Assembly: GCA_050250895.1 (NCBI GenBank)
Contig: JBFWNU010000012.1
Span: 32,001 to 96,000, forward strand
Direction of reading: 5' to 3'
From: Vulcanimicrobiota bacterium
GTDB taxonomy: Bacteria; Vulcanimicrobiota; Xenobia; Xenobiales; JADMJV01
DNA: 64,000 nt
A program made the position numbers and the translations under genes. The notes below the pieces were generated by a model. It was not told the origin of the DNA. It searched no databases and worked only from the letters and a program-made list of their open reading frames with translations. Below are positions 19,687 through 29,863 of this stretch, one piece after another (the stretch's first letter is position 1; each line of letters begins with the position of its first letter).

Positions 19687-22600
19687 GTGAGAGCCTGGTT
19701 AACATTGTTTGTCGGACTCGTGATGTCGCTGTCGGCAGTCGCCGATTCTCCCACGCTCGTTTTGGCGAGTGGGCACGCCGGCAAGATTGTGGCGCTGGCG
19801 GTGAGCCCCGACGGGCGTTGGGTCGCCAGCAGCGGCTTCGAGGGACTGGTCAAGGTGTGGGACGTTAGCAACCAGCGGGTGGTGGCCACCCTCCAGGACC
19901 CGGCCCTCAAGCCCGACCGAAGGATTCATCTCAACTATACCTCGCTGGCCTTCACTCCCGACGGCAAACTGCTCGTCGCCACCAATGACGGTTCCATGCG
20001 ATTGTGGGACCCGGCTTCAGCTGCCCTGCTCCGAAGCTTTCAGGTGGGACCCACGGAGACCGAAGAAGGAACTCGGCTGGCCCTGTTGCCTCAGGTCGGG
20101 CGAGCGGTGGTCGCCAGAGCCGACACCGTCTACCTCATCGACTATGCAAGAGGGGCGACGGTCGATACCCTCCGCCAGGAGGGAATGGTCTTCTCAAGTC
20201 TGACCACGTCGAGTAGTGGCCGCGTGGCCGTCGGAGCAACCAGCACGGGCGGAGGCGTGTTACTGCTTGACCCAAACTTTAAAAAGCAGCGTTTTCTCGA
20301 ACTTCCCGAGCGCTGGGGAGCCGAGCAGCTAGACTACTCCGCCCAGGGCGAGCGTCTGGCGATTCTGTCGGGTAGCGGCGACCTGTTGCTCTGGGATGGC
20401 AACCAGCTCTCGAAGACCGGGATTCTCGGGCACAGCGGTAAGATCCGTTGGAACGGGCCGAATCTGTTGGTTTCGTCGCAGGTCATCGACGAGTCGCCTC
20501 TGCGAGAGCTAGACGGTCAGGCCAGGCTGATCAAAACGGCCAGCTTGGACGGTGTCTTCGAGTCCATGCATCCGTTCCCCGATGGTAAGCATGTCATGCT
20601 CGGCTTTTACAACGGTGAGCTCGGCTACTATGGACTCGAGGACCAGAAGCTGACGCGCTGGAACGGCATCGTCTTCCGGCCGAACGCCATCGCGACCGCA
20701 AGCAACTTGCTAGCTCTCGGCGGCAGGCAAGGCGAGGTGTGTGTCTTCGATCTCAATCAGGGTCGCGTCTCGGCCCATCTGCAAGCGACCGTGGGCTCGG
20801 CCGAGAGCCTGGCAATCTCGCTGGCGGCGGGACAGGTCGCCGCCAGCGACTACTACTCCGGGCGGGTCCAGGTCTATGACATGAAGACCCTCAAGGAGAT
20901 CGGCCGTTTCGAATCTCAAACGGGCGACGCTTCGACTTCGTTGGCCTACAGTGCCGATGGCAGCAGGTTCGCTATCTTGCACAGCTCAGGCCGGGTCGAC
21001 CTGTATGATACCTCGGCCCTTAGAGCGGCAGGGCACCTCGAGCCCCCTTCTGTCAAGATGCGAGCCTTCTCGTCGCTGGCCTTCCATCCCAGCGGAAACC
21101 GGGTGGCCGCCTGCAACCGGCAGGGCGATGTGGTCGAGTGGCTGCTTTCGAGCAAAGCCACCATCCAGCGCCGGGTCTATCACCGAGAGGGTACTTCGAC
21201 CCATCTCAACCAGGTTGTCTATAGCCCCGACGGTCGCTGGCTCGCGGTGGCGGCCAACTCGGGCGAGGTGTCGATCTTCGAGGTCGACTTCGAGGACGCG
21301 CCCACCGTGGTCGAGGCCCCCGGACCGTGCATGAGTCTCGATTTTTCGCCGGACAGCCGCACCCTCGCACTGGGGGGTACCACTGGTGAATTGGCCCTTA
21401 TCGACGTGAAAACGGGCCGGGAGCGCTCACGCCATGCCGGCCACGTGGGCACCATCGTCGACCTCGGCTTCAGTCGGAACGGCCAGGCGATCTTTTCCGC
21501 CGGTCTTGACGGCACGGTTCGCATCTGGGCCGGCAGCGACGGTCGACCCCTGGCCACGCTGCTAGCCACCGGTGGGGCCGAGTGGGTGTTGGCGACCCCC
21601 CAGGGCTCGTTCGATGGCACCCCGGAAGGACAGCGGGTGCTCGAATGGCGGGTGGGTGACACCATCTTCGCCCTCGACCAGTTCTTCAACCAGTACTTCA
21701 CTCCGGGTCTGTTGACCACCCTGGTCGGCACCGGCCAGGAGATCGCTGCCCCCGAGGCTCCTCAGGCCTTGAAAGCGCCACCTCGGGTGACCATCCTCTC
21801 GCCTGGGCCGGGCGACCGCTTCGAGGCCGAGGCCGAGGTGAAGGTGGGAGTGGAAGAAAATGGAGGTGGCCTGGACGGTCCCTACCTTTTTGTCAACGGA
21901 CACCGACTGCCCGACAACTTCCGCTCCTCGACCGGACCTGGGCAGTACACTTTCCGCGCTCCCTTGACCAAAGGGCACAACGTGCTGCGGGCTACGGCCT
22001 TCAATGCCGACCGCAGCGTCGAGAGTCGTGGGGCCCGGGTCACGGTCGAAAGCGATGCCGCCGTGTCTCGCCAGCCCGCGCTTCACATCCTGGCCGTGGG
22101 CGTAGATCACTACAAATCGGGTCTCACGCTCGGCTACGCTCGCGACGACGCGAGCGCCATCGCCAAAGCGTTCAATTCGGACCTTTTCTCGGACGTTCGG
22201 GTCAAGCTTCTGCTCGACGAGCAGGCTTCCGGGCAGGGCCTGCAGGCGGCCTTCGCCCAACTCGAACAAGAGGCTCTGCCCCACGATACGGTGATTGTCT
22301 ATCTGGCCGGTCACGGCACGCTGGTGGGTGACGTCTACTATTTTCTACCCTACGACGCCGCCTACGGCAGTGACGAGGAACTGCGTAAAACCGGCCTTTC
22401 CAGCACCGAACTGGCCGAGCACCTGACTCGGGTGTCGGCCACCAAACAGTTGGTCGTCCTCGATACCTGTCGTTCCGGCGCGGCCGCTCCCGTCCTGGGC
22501 AAGTTTCTGGCCGCCCGCGACGGCCTCTCGCTGATCAAGGCCCAGCAACGGTTGGCACGAGCCAGCGGTACTTTCTTGCTGGCCGCCTCCACGGCCGAGC

Positions 22601-22848
22601 AGTATGCCAAGGAGGTTCCCGAACTTGGTCACGGGATATTGACTTACGCCCTGCTGAAAGGACTCGGGGATAAGGCGGCCCCCCAAGCCCATCTCAGCGA
22701 CGACGGTAGCGTCTCGGTCAATGCCCTGCTGCAGTACGTCGCCGGCCAGGTGCCCGATCTCACCACGCGCTACCACGGCGAGATGCAGAACGTGGTGCAA
22801 TATAGCACGGGGCAGGATTTTCCGCTCAAGCTCGAGGTTAAACGCTGA
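19687..22848 (+). CDS. Exported WD40-repeat + Ig-like + caspase-family (C14) peptidase
   Basis: Signal peptide, many WD40 repeats, catalytic YLAGHG and LDTCRSG. Confidence 0.9.
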   Translation: MRAWLTLFVGLVMSLSAVADSPTLVLASGHAGKIVALAVSPDGRWVASSGFEGLVKVWDVSNQRVVATLQDPALKPDRRIHLNYTSLAFTPDGKLLVATNDGSMRLWDPASAALLRSFQVGPTETEEGTRLALLPQVGRAVVARADTVYLIDYARGATVDTLRQEGMVFSSLTTSSSGRVAVGATSTGGGVLLLDPNFKKQRFLELPERWGAEQLDYSAQGERLAILSGSGDLLLWDGNQLSKTGILGHSGKIRWNGPNLLVSSQVIDESPLRELDGQARLIKTASLDGVFESMHPFPDGKHVMLGFYNGELGYYGLEDQKLTRWNGIVFRPNAIATASNLLALGGRQGEVCVFDLNQGRVSAHLQATVGSAESLAISLAAGQVAASDYYSGRVQVYDMKTLKEIGRFESQTGDASTSLAYSADGSRFAILHSSGRVDLYDTSALRAAGHLEPPSVKMRAFSSLAFHPSGNRVAACNRQGDVVEWLLSSKATIQRRVYHREGTSTHLNQVVYSPDGRWLAVAANSGEVSIFEVDFEDAPTVVEAPGPCMSLDFSPDSRTLALGGTTGELALIDVKTGRERSRHAGHVGTIVDLGFSRNGQAIFSAGLDGTVRIWAGSDGRPLATLLATGGAEWVLATPQGSFDGTPEGQRVLEWRVGDTIFALDQFFNQYFTPGLLTTLVGTGQEIAAPEAPQALKAPPRVTILSPGPGDRFEAEAEVKVGVEENGGGLDGPYLFVNGHRLPDNFRSSTGPGQYTFRAPLTKGHNVLRATAFNADRSVESRGARVTVESDAAVSRQPALHILAVGVDHYKSGLTLGYARDDASAIAKAFNSDLFSDVRVKLLLDEQASGQGLQAAFAQLEQEALPHDTVIVYLAGHGTLVGDVYYFLPYDAAYGSDEELRKTGLSSTELAEHLTRVSATKQLVVLDTCRSGAAAPVLGKFLAARDGLSLIKAQQRLARASGTFLLAASTAEQYAKEVPELGHGILTYALLKGLGDKAAPQAHLSDDGSVSVNALLQYVAGQVPDLTTRYHGEMQNVVQYSTGQDFPLKLEVKR

Positions 22849-23572
22849 TTTCGACGCAGGTGATAGCGTCTCGCAATCGGCAGCATCGCAGGCCTCGGGC
22901 GATCCTCTCCAGCGGCGGACCGCCGTCCTCGAGCCAGGCAGAAAGCCCCTCTTGCTCGACCATGGTGCCGTCCTCGGTGATGGCCTCGGTCACACCGTCG
23001 GTGAACAACAGGTAGCGTTCGGCGGGCCGCAGGCAAGCTCGGTGAACGGTGTAGCGTTCGCGAGCGACCACCCCCAGGGGCAGGTTATGGCCCTTGAGCC
23101 AGTGGACCCGACCGTGGGGCGACACGATCACAAGACCGGTGTGTCCGCCGTCGACAAATTCGAGAATGCCTCGACCCAGGTCAAAACGAACATAGCAGAA
23201 AGTCACGAAGTGCTCGCGCTCTTGCAGGGCAAGGGCCGCGCGCGACTGGACCTGGTCGATGACTTCGTGCAAGGGGGGACAGGACTGACAAGCCCGGGCG
23301 AAGAGCTTGCGACAAGCAACGGCGATACGCGCTGCCGTCGGGCCTTTACCCATGACATCACCGATGCAGACATCGATGACTTGTTGGCTTGAGGCACTCA
23401 GGAGGTAGAAGTCCCCCTGGTTTTCGCCGGCGGGATCGTCCCAGACTCTGGCTTGTAGACGGCCGTGGCGAAAGGTCAGGAAGGGATGGTCGGTGGGAGT
23501 TGGGGTTCGAAGGGCGGAATGTGGACGGGGAGCCGGCGGTGCGTGAAGACGCTGCCGGGACACGGTTTTCAA
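22838..23572 (-). CDS. Stand-alone PP2C/SpoIIE (RsbU-like) phosphatase
   Basis: GDFY, DVMGKG, FTDGVTEA, terminal DAIT. Confidence 0.82.
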   Translation of the reverse strand: MKTVSRQRLHAPPAPRPHSALRTPTPTDHPFLTFRHGRLQARVWDDPAGENQGDFYLLSASSQQVIDVCIGDVMGKGPTAARIAVACRKLFARACQSCPPLHEVIDQVQSRAALALQEREHFVTFCYVRFDLGRGILEFVDGGHTGLVIVSPHGRVHWLKGHNLPLGVVARERYTVHRACLRPAERYLLFTDGVTEAITEDGTMVEQEGLSAWLEDGGPPLERIARGLRCCRLRDAITCVEISV

Positions 23573-23602
23573 AGGTCACACCTTTCCGAGAATTCCACTC
23601 CG

Positions 23603-23646
23603 AGAATAGCACGAACCTACCATCTCAGGCAGTGAAGTGGTTCACA
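23603..23646 (-). promoter_or_regulatory. CRP-like site TGTGA-N6-TCACT, N22, then -10 TATTCT
   Basis: 9 of 10 match to TGTGA-N6-TCACA in a divergent intergenic region, at class II-like spacing. Confidence 0.55.
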
Positions 23647-23690
23647 AAAGGTCCGTTTCCGATCGTCATTACGAGGGTAGAAACCCCAAT

Positions 23691-23951
23691 ATGGAAGAGT
23701 CCTTGATGGAGTTTCCCTGCTCGTTCCAGGTCAAGGCGATGGGGCTGGCGGGGGAGGATTTTGTTGAGCACGTGGTGGCGCTGGTGCGTTCCCACATGGC
23801 CAGCCACGAGCCACACGAGGTGAGTTCGCGGCCCAGTAGCGCCGGCAAATACTGGTCGGTGACGGTCACCATCGAGGCTCAGAGTCGCGAACAGATCGAT
23901 CGCATCTATCAGGATCTCACCGACTCGGCCCTGGTGCTCTACGCTCTATAA
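23691..23951 (+). CDS. YbeD/DUF493 family protein
   Basis: EFPC.F.VK.MG..SSAGKY.SVT..IY..L. Confidence 0.88.
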   Translation: MEESLMEFPCSFQVKAMGLAGEDFVEHVVALVRSHMASHEPHEVSSRPSSAGKYWSVTVTIEAQSREQIDRIYQDLTDSALVLYAL

Positions 23952-24941
23952 CCAGCGCATGACCAGGGCGCACCAGGCTAGTCCGCCCCCGAATCCAACC
24001 GTTACCACGATATCGCCCGAGTGGATGCGGCCCTGGCGTTGCGCCTCCCAAAGGGCCAGCGGCACCGACCCGTTGGAGGTGTTGCCGTAACGGTCGACGT
24101 TGGTAAACACCCGGTCCATGGAGATGTTGAGCCGGCGAGCGGCTGCTTCGATGATTCTAAGGTTGGCCTGGTGGGGGATAAACAACGAGACTTGCTCGGG
24201 CGCGATGCCAGATTTCTCCAACGCCTGAATCGAGGCTTCGCCCATGGCCTGGACCGCGAACCGATAGACGCCACGCCCGGCCATATGGATGCAGTGATCG
24301 GTGCGCTCCTGGCTGGGTGCTCCGGCCCCGGCCGGAATGCGAAGAAGGTCGCCCCCACTGCCGTCGGCTCCGAAGTGAAAGCCAAGGATGCCGCTACCCT
24401 CCGGAACCGGGCCGAGCACGGCGGCTCCGGCGGCGTCTCCGAATAAAACACAGGTGGAGCGGTCGTCCCAATTAGTGATTCGTGACAGGGTGTCGACCCC
24501 CACCACCAGCACCCGCTTGTAGGTTCCGCTGGCCACGAACTGTTGCCCGACGCACAGGGCATAGGTAAAACCCGAGCAGGCAACCGAAAGGTCGAAGGCG
24601 CCGGCCCGAGTGGCTCCCAGGCGTTGTTGGATTCGGCAGGCGGTAGAAGGCATAGGCGAATCGGGGGTAAGGGTCGCCACGATGATGAGTTCGATCTCTT
24701 CAGGGCTCAACCTGGCCTGCTCGAGGGCCTGTTGCGCGGCTGTGAAGCCGAGGTCCGAAGAGCACAGCCCGTCGGGCGCGATGCGTCGCTCACAGATGCC
24801 GGTGCGCGAGCGGATCCACTGGTCGGAGGTGTCGACCCGGGCTTCGAGTTGGCTGTTGGAAACGATCTGGTCGGGAACGCAGTGGCCAAGTCCCAGGATG
24901 CCGACCGGGGCGAGTCGGACTCTAGTCATCGTGGCTGGCAT
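23946..24941 (-). CDS. fabH: Beta-ketoacyl-ACP synthase III
   Basis: Catalytic ACSGF, PHQAN, GNTS; GFGGGL. Confidence 0.95.
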   Translation of the reverse strand: MPATMTRVRLAPVGILGLGHCVPDQIVSNSQLEARVDTSDQWIRSRTGICERRIAPDGLCSSDLGFTAAQQALEQARLSPEEIELIIVATLTPDSPMPSTACRIQQRLGATRAGAFDLSVACSGFTYALCVGQQFVASGTYKRVLVVGVDTLSRITNWDDRSTCVLFGDAAGAAVLGPVPEGSGILGFHFGADGSGGDLLRIPAGAGAPSQERTDHCIHMAGRGVYRFAVQAMGEASIQALEKSGIAPEQVSLFIPHQANLRIIEAAARRLNISMDRVFTNVDRYGNTSNGSVPLALWEAQRQGRIHSGDIVVTVGFGGGLAWCALVMRWL

Positions 24942-24950
24942 GAAATTCGT

Positions 24951-25349
24951 TCAGGCTCGATCCGGTGAGGGGAACTGGGCGCCGAGCTGGGTAAGACTCT
25001 CTCGCAGGTTGTCGGCCGAGTGGCTCCAGCCGAGGGCCGCGTCGACCCTACCCGATTCGAGGTCGCTCTCGACATCTTTGAGGATGCTGAGCTTGCGCGT
25101 AATCGTGTTGCGAATACGTTCCATTTTGCGCTCTTCGGGAGTCTCGGCGTTAGAAGTGCCGCCGGCCTGCCCGCCACCCGGGAAGCGGAAACTCAAGAAC
25201 TGCTCGGAGGAAGGGCCGAACAGCACCCGCAGGGTCTTGAGCACTACATCGTTCCAGCTGGAATATTCGTCTTCGTCAGCGGTTGCCAGCAGATTTTCAC
25301 CAAGCTGAATGGTCTGGCGCAGCAGGTCTATCGCTTTCATTTCTTGCAT
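24951..25349 (-). CDS. Hypothetical helical protein
   Basis: ORF directly upstream of fabH; start approximate (MQEMKA). Confidence 0.6.
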   Translation of the reverse strand: MQEMKAIDLLRQTIQLGENLLATADEDEYSSWNDVVLKTLRVLFGPSSEQFLSFRFPGGGQAGGTSNAETPEERKMERIRNTITRKLSILKDVESDLESGRVDAALGWSHSADNLRESLTQLGAQFPSPDRA

Positions 25350-25375
25350 TGGTCGAGTCCTGGATCGGTTTAGAT

Positions 25376-26173
25376 ATGCAATTGAATCACAACCAGAAAA
25401 TTCCTGCAGAACACGGCCGGCAGTTGACCATGGTCTCAATGATGGCAGCCAACTTCAGCGGTGCTTGTCGGAAGATCTCTCAACGGTTCGGAATTTCCTT
25501 CCTGGACGATCCCGATTGGACCGAACATCGGCGCGCCCTGGTCGAGGGGCGAGCTGGCCTGGCCGCCCTGTGTGGACTGGTCTACATTCAGTGGTCACAG
25601 CCACTGGAACTGCTAGCCGCTCCCGTGCCGACCGGCGACAAGTATGGGGCAGGGCCCATCTATTTCTCTGAGGTGGTGGTGACGGCCGACTCTGGCTTGA
25701 CCAGTTTTGAGGACCTGACCGGGCGGAGCCTGGCCATCAACGAGCCGGGCTCGCACAGCGGCTGTGCCATTGTCGGCTACGAATTGGCGCGGCGTGGGTT
25801 GAGCACCGATTTCCTTGGACCTGTTGTGCAGTCAGGCGGTCATCGGGCTTCACTGGCTCTGATAGCCGCGGGAAAGGTGGATTGGGCCGCCATCGATTCG
25901 ACCGTCTTCGACTATTGGTCCCAGCGAGAACCGGAGCTTTTTGCCCGCCTGCGCAGCCTGACCCGGCTGGGGCCGAGCCCCCATCCGCCCCTGGTAGCTC
26001 AGGGGCTGGCCCCGGACCGAGTGGCCAGTCTGCGGGAACAGTTTTTGAGCCTTCCCCCTGACTTTCTGACGGAATTCGGTTATCAGGGCCTGGCCCAGGT
26101 GACCGACGCCGATTATGACCGGCTGCGAGAGATGGCACGGATGGCGGCTACTTGCTGGCCGGTTCGAGGGTAA
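25376..26173 (+). CDS. PhnD/SsuA-like substrate-binding-fold protein, no signal peptide
   Basis: CGL.Y, Y.S.VVV, N..S.SG, SGGH.AS, D.AAID; start uncertain. Confidence 0.78.
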   Translation: MQLNHNQKIPAEHGRQLTMVSMMAANFSGACRKISQRFGISFLDDPDWTEHRRALVEGRAGLAALCGLVYIQWSQPLELLAAPVPTGDKYGAGPIYFSEVVVTADSGLTSFEDLTGRSLAINEPGSHSGCAIVGYELARRGLSTDFLGPVVQSGGHRASLALIAAGKVDWAAIDSTVFDYWSQREPELFARLRSLTRLGPSPHPPLVAQGLAPDRVASLREQFLSLPPDFLTEFGYQGLAQVTDADYDRLREMARMAATCWPVRG

Positions 26174-26200
26174 CGGCCGACCCGAAGGGAACACATCCGG

Positions 26201-27040
26201 ATGGAAAACTTTCTTCGTTTTCGGGGGACAGACCGCTATTTGACCAATTCGGCCCTGGAGGCGGCCGTCAACTGCGCCCTGGCGCTCGAGAAGCCCCTAT
26301 TGGTGAGGGGCGAGCCCGGAACCGGCAAGACTTTGTTGGCCGAAGCCGTGGCCGAAGGGCTGGGCCTCGAGCTGGTTCGCTGGCATGTCAAAAGCACCAC
26401 CCGGGCCCAGGATGGTCTCTATGTCTACGACACGGTGCAGCGCTTGTACGACTCGCGTTTCGATGACCGCAACGTGCATGACATCAGGCAATACATCAAA
26501 CTGGGGCCGCTGGGACAGGCGTTCTCGGCTCCCTCGCGGGTGGTGCTGCTGATCGACGAGATCGACAAGGCCGATATCGAGTTTCCCAATGATCTGCTTC
26601 ATGAGCTCGACCGGATGCGGTTTCGCATCACCGAGACCAACGAACTGGTCGAAGCCAAAGAGCGACCCATCGTGATAATTACTTCCAACAACGAAAAGGA
26701 GCTGCCCGATGCGTTCCTGCGGCGTTGTGTCTTTCACTTCATCGACTTTCCCGAGCCCGAATTCATGCGCGAGATCGTCGAGGTCCATCATCCCGGGTTG
26801 GACCAAGAACTGGCCCGCCAGGCCATGGAGGCTTTCTTCGGCTTGCGCGAGTTGCCCCGCCTTCGTAAACGGCCCAGCACCAGCGAACTGATCGACTGGA
26901 TCTCGGCGCTCAAGGCGGCCGGCATCGAGCAGGTCACCCTCGAGCCGGGCATGCCGTTCCTGGGCACACTGCTCAAGAAAGAGCAAGATCTGGCCACCCT
27001 GGCCGAGCATGTCACGCGCCGACCCGGCTGGCGCAACTGA
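26201..27040 (+). CDS. MoxR-family AAA+ ATPase
   Basis: GEPGTGKT, LLIDEIDKAD, LPDAFLRRC. Confidence 0.93.
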   Translation: MENFLRFRGTDRYLTNSALEAAVNCALALEKPLLVRGEPGTGKTLLAEAVAEGLGLELVRWHVKSTTRAQDGLYVYDTVQRLYDSRFDDRNVHDIRQYIKLGPLGQAFSAPSRVVLLIDEIDKADIEFPNDLLHELDRMRFRITETNELVEAKERPIVIITSNNEKELPDAFLRRCVFHFIDFPEPEFMREIVEVHHPGLDQELARQAMEAFFGLRELPRLRKRPSTSELIDWISALKAAGIEQVTLEPGMPFLGTLLKKEQDLATLAEHVTRRPGWRN

Positions 27041-28227
27041 TGTTCGTCCCTTTTCTTTACGAACTACGGTCGCGCGGGGTGCCGGTCGGGACTCAAGAGG
27101 CCGTGGCCCTGGCCGAGGCTCTCAAAAAAGGGCTTCACCAGAGTTCGCTGGACGGCTTCTACCACATCTCCAGGGCCCTGATGGTCCACTCGGAGGCTCA
27201 TCTGGACGCCTTCGACCAGGCTTTCTTGCATCACTTTCATGGGGTCGAACTGGCCGCCACGGCCCTCCATCAGGACCTGCTCGACTGGCTTCGCGACGCC
27301 CTCGATCGCATTCCAGAGCTGACCCCCGAAGAGAAGGTCTTATTCGACCTGCTCGACTTCGACGAACTCAAGAAGATGTTCGATGAACGTCTCGACGAGC
27401 AGAACGAGCGCCACGACGGAGGCGATCGCTTCATCGGCACCGGCGGTAAATCGCCTTTCGGCCACAGTGGAGCCCCGCGACCCGGCTTTCGTATCGGCGG
27501 CCGCTCGCGCAACCGGCGAGCCATGCAGGTGGCCGAGCAACGCAATTTTCGCGACTATCGCAGCGACCGCATCCTCGACGTGCGCCAGTATGCGGTGGCC
27601 TTGCGCAAGCTGCGCACCTTCGGTCGCGAGGGCAACGAGGAAGAACTCGACATCGACAAAACCATTTCGGCGACCGCCGACAACGCCGGCGAACTCGAGA
27701 TCGTCACCCGCCCGCCGCGGCGCTCCAATGTGCGGGTCATCCTCATGATGGATGTGGGCGGCACGATGGATCCTTTCACCCAGCAAGTCGAACAGCTCTT
27801 CTCGGCGGCCGCCAAAGCCACTCACTTCAAGGAGTTCCACGCCTTCTACTTTCACAACTGCGTCTACGACTCGGTCTACAAGACGGCCCGTTTTCGCAAT
27901 CCCGTGCCTGTCGACGAGATCCTGGCCCGCTACGGCAAGCACTACAAGCTGATCATGGTGGGGGATGCGATGATGGCGCCGTATGAGCTGGTCGCTCCCA
28001 AGGGCGCGCTGTTCTTCGGCTACGAGGGCAAACGCTCGGGACTAGAATGGCTACAGGCCCTAACCGACCATTTCCGCAAAGCCATCTGGCTCAATCCCGA
28101 GCCTCCTCGCTATTGGAGCGGCCGCACCCTGCACGAAATCCAGAAACTCTTCCCCATGTTCCCCCTCACCCTGGAAGGCCTCGACCAGGGCATCGCCCAC
28201 CTGGTAAAGGGAAGAGGGCGGGCCTAA
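27040..28227 (+). CDS. VWA (CoxE-like) partner protein
   Basis: DVGGTM MIDAS-like motif, VGDA.M.PYE, WLNP; coupled to MoxR. Confidence 0.88.
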   Translation: MFVPFLYELRSRGVPVGTQEAVALAEALKKGLHQSSLDGFYHISRALMVHSEAHLDAFDQAFLHHFHGVELAATALHQDLLDWLRDALDRIPELTPEEKVLFDLLDFDELKKMFDERLDEQNERHDGGDRFIGTGGKSPFGHSGAPRPGFRIGGRSRNRRAMQVAEQRNFRDYRSDRILDVRQYAVALRKLRTFGREGNEEELDIDKTISATADNAGELEIVTRPPRRSNVRVILMMDVGGTMDPFTQQVEQLFSAAAKATHFKEFHAFYFHNCVYDSVYKTARFRNPVPVDEILARYGKHYKLIMVGDAMMAPYELVAPKGALFFGYEGKRSGLEWLQALTDHFRKAIWLNPEPPRYWSGRTLHEIQKLFPMFPLTLEGLDQGIAHLVKGRGRA

Positions 28228-28244
28228 CAACTACCGTCTGAAGA

Positions 28245-29828
28245 CTACCCCCACAAGGGCAGTTTGAGCTGGCCGTTGTCGTCGGGCTGCTTGTTGCGCT
28301 GGATGGCCAGGCTGAGGGCTCGGTCGGGATTGATCATGCCGGCGCCCTGGCTTTCGCTGCGATAGGCGGGCATCGGGGTAGCGCTGTCGCGCAGGATTTC
28401 TTTGACTTCGGCGGGCGTAAGGTGGGGGTTGGCTTCGAGCATCTCGGCCACCACGCCGGCCACGATGGGAGCAGCCATCGAGGTGCCGGGCATGCCGATG
28501 TAGTCGGTCTCGACCATGGGCAGGCGCTCGGTGGCCTCGAGCAGGTGATCAAGTTCCTGGCGGGCGTGGCTGGGGCTCTTGTGAAAGCGCACGATCGAAC
28601 TGCCGTTGAGGCCGATCATTCGCAGAGTCGGGGCCGGCACGTTGACTAGCTCGGAATCGGGCATCTTCTGCAGCCAGTCGAGGGTGCGGTGCACATCGGT
28701 GTATTTACGGGCGGTGGCCTCGAGCACCGAGTTGGGGGCGTTGGGGCCGATAATGCCTTCGCCCGGGGCTACCAGGTCGGGCTTGGAACTGCCCGCCTCG
28801 CCTCGACTCGAAAACGACGGGATCCGGTCGTCGGAGCGGTCAGGGGTGTTGCGGTCGTCGACAGCGCCGACGGTGATGACCGAGGGGCTGTCGCCGGGGC
28901 TCGAGATGGTGCCCAGTTCTGGACCCTGGTTGCCGGCCGAGACCACCACCACGATGCCCTCTTCGACGGCTCTTTCCACGGCCTTGCGAATGGGGTCGTT
29001 GGTCGAGCGGGCCGAGGTGTCGCCGGTGCCTAGAGAAAGATTAATGACGCGAATGTTATACCGTGCCTTGTTCTCGACCGCCCAGTTCAGGCCCTGAAGG
29101 ATGCGCGAGGTGCTGCCGCGGCCACTCTTGTCGAGCACTTTGACGCCGATCAGGTTGGCGTCGGGGGCGGTGCCCCGGTGGATCCCACCCGAGAGAAAGC
29201 CCGAGCCGGCGGCGTCGCCGGCCACGTGGGTGCCGTGGCCGTTGTCGTCGTAAGGTACCGATTTGCCATTCACGAAGTCTTGAAAGGCCACAATGCGCTG
29301 ATGGGGGTAGGCCAGGTCGGGATGAGGATAAATGCCGGTGTCGATGACGGCGATGCCCACTCCTTTGCCGGTGTAGGTTTGGGTTAGCGGGGTGAGAAAT
29401 CGCGGGTTCTCGAGGGGTTGCCGGGGACCTGGCGGGGGGGCGACCGGACCGTCGGCCGATCGTTGCTGCTTGCGCTCCCACGGCTCGGGATGAAGAAACG
29501 TCTCTTCGTCGTTGGGGATGGCTTCGAAGCCGGCCTTTTCGGCCAGTTCGCGATTAGCCTGGTTCATGACGGCGGTAAAGCCTTTGACCAGGGGAATCTG
29601 TTCGTCGACCACGATGTTGAGTCGGGCCAGCCGGGCGGCCAGTCCTTCGGGGCCGACCGATTGCAGCGCCTCGGGGCTGGGGACCAGCAGGTAGGGGTCC
29701 TGGCGCTCGTCGGTGCCCTCGACCAGATTGGCCGAAAAAATGGGCTCATTCAGGGGGAGGTCCATCTGGCGCTCGACCCGGCGGGGAGCGAACAAGTGGC
29801 GTTGCGATTGGATGGAGCCTACGAGCAC
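28245..29828 (-). CDS. S8 subtilase (AprX-like, no signal peptide)
   Basis: IDTG, HGTHVAG, SAGN, GTSMAAP; GTG start after GGAGAAAGGA. Confidence 0.9.
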   Translation of the reverse strand: MLVGSIQSQRHLFAPRRVERQMDLPLNEPIFSANLVEGTDERQDPYLLVPSPEALQSVGPEGLAARLARLNIVVDEQIPLVKGFTAVMNQANRELAEKAGFEAIPNDEETFLHPEPWERKQQRSADGPVAPPPGPRQPLENPRFLTPLTQTYTGKGVGIAVIDTGIYPHPDLAYPHQRIVAFQDFVNGKSVPYDDNGHGTHVAGDAAGSGFLSGGIHRGTAPDANLIGVKVLDKSGRGSTSRILQGLNWAVENKARYNIRVINLSLGTGDTSARSTNDPIRKAVERAVEEGIVVVVSAGNQGPELGTISSPGDSPSVITVGAVDDRNTPDRSDDRIPSFSSRGEAGSSKPDLVAPGEGIIGPNAPNSVLEATARKYTDVHRTLDWLQKMPDSELVNVPAPTLRMIGLNGSSIVRFHKSPSHARQELDHLLEATERLPMVETDYIGMPGTSMAAPIVAGVVAEMLEANPHLTPAEVKEILRDSATPMPAYRSESQGAGMINPDRALSLAIQRNKQPDDNGQLKLPLWG

Positions 29829-29863
29829 CTGAAGTCCTTTCTCCCCCTCGAGCAATTTCCACG

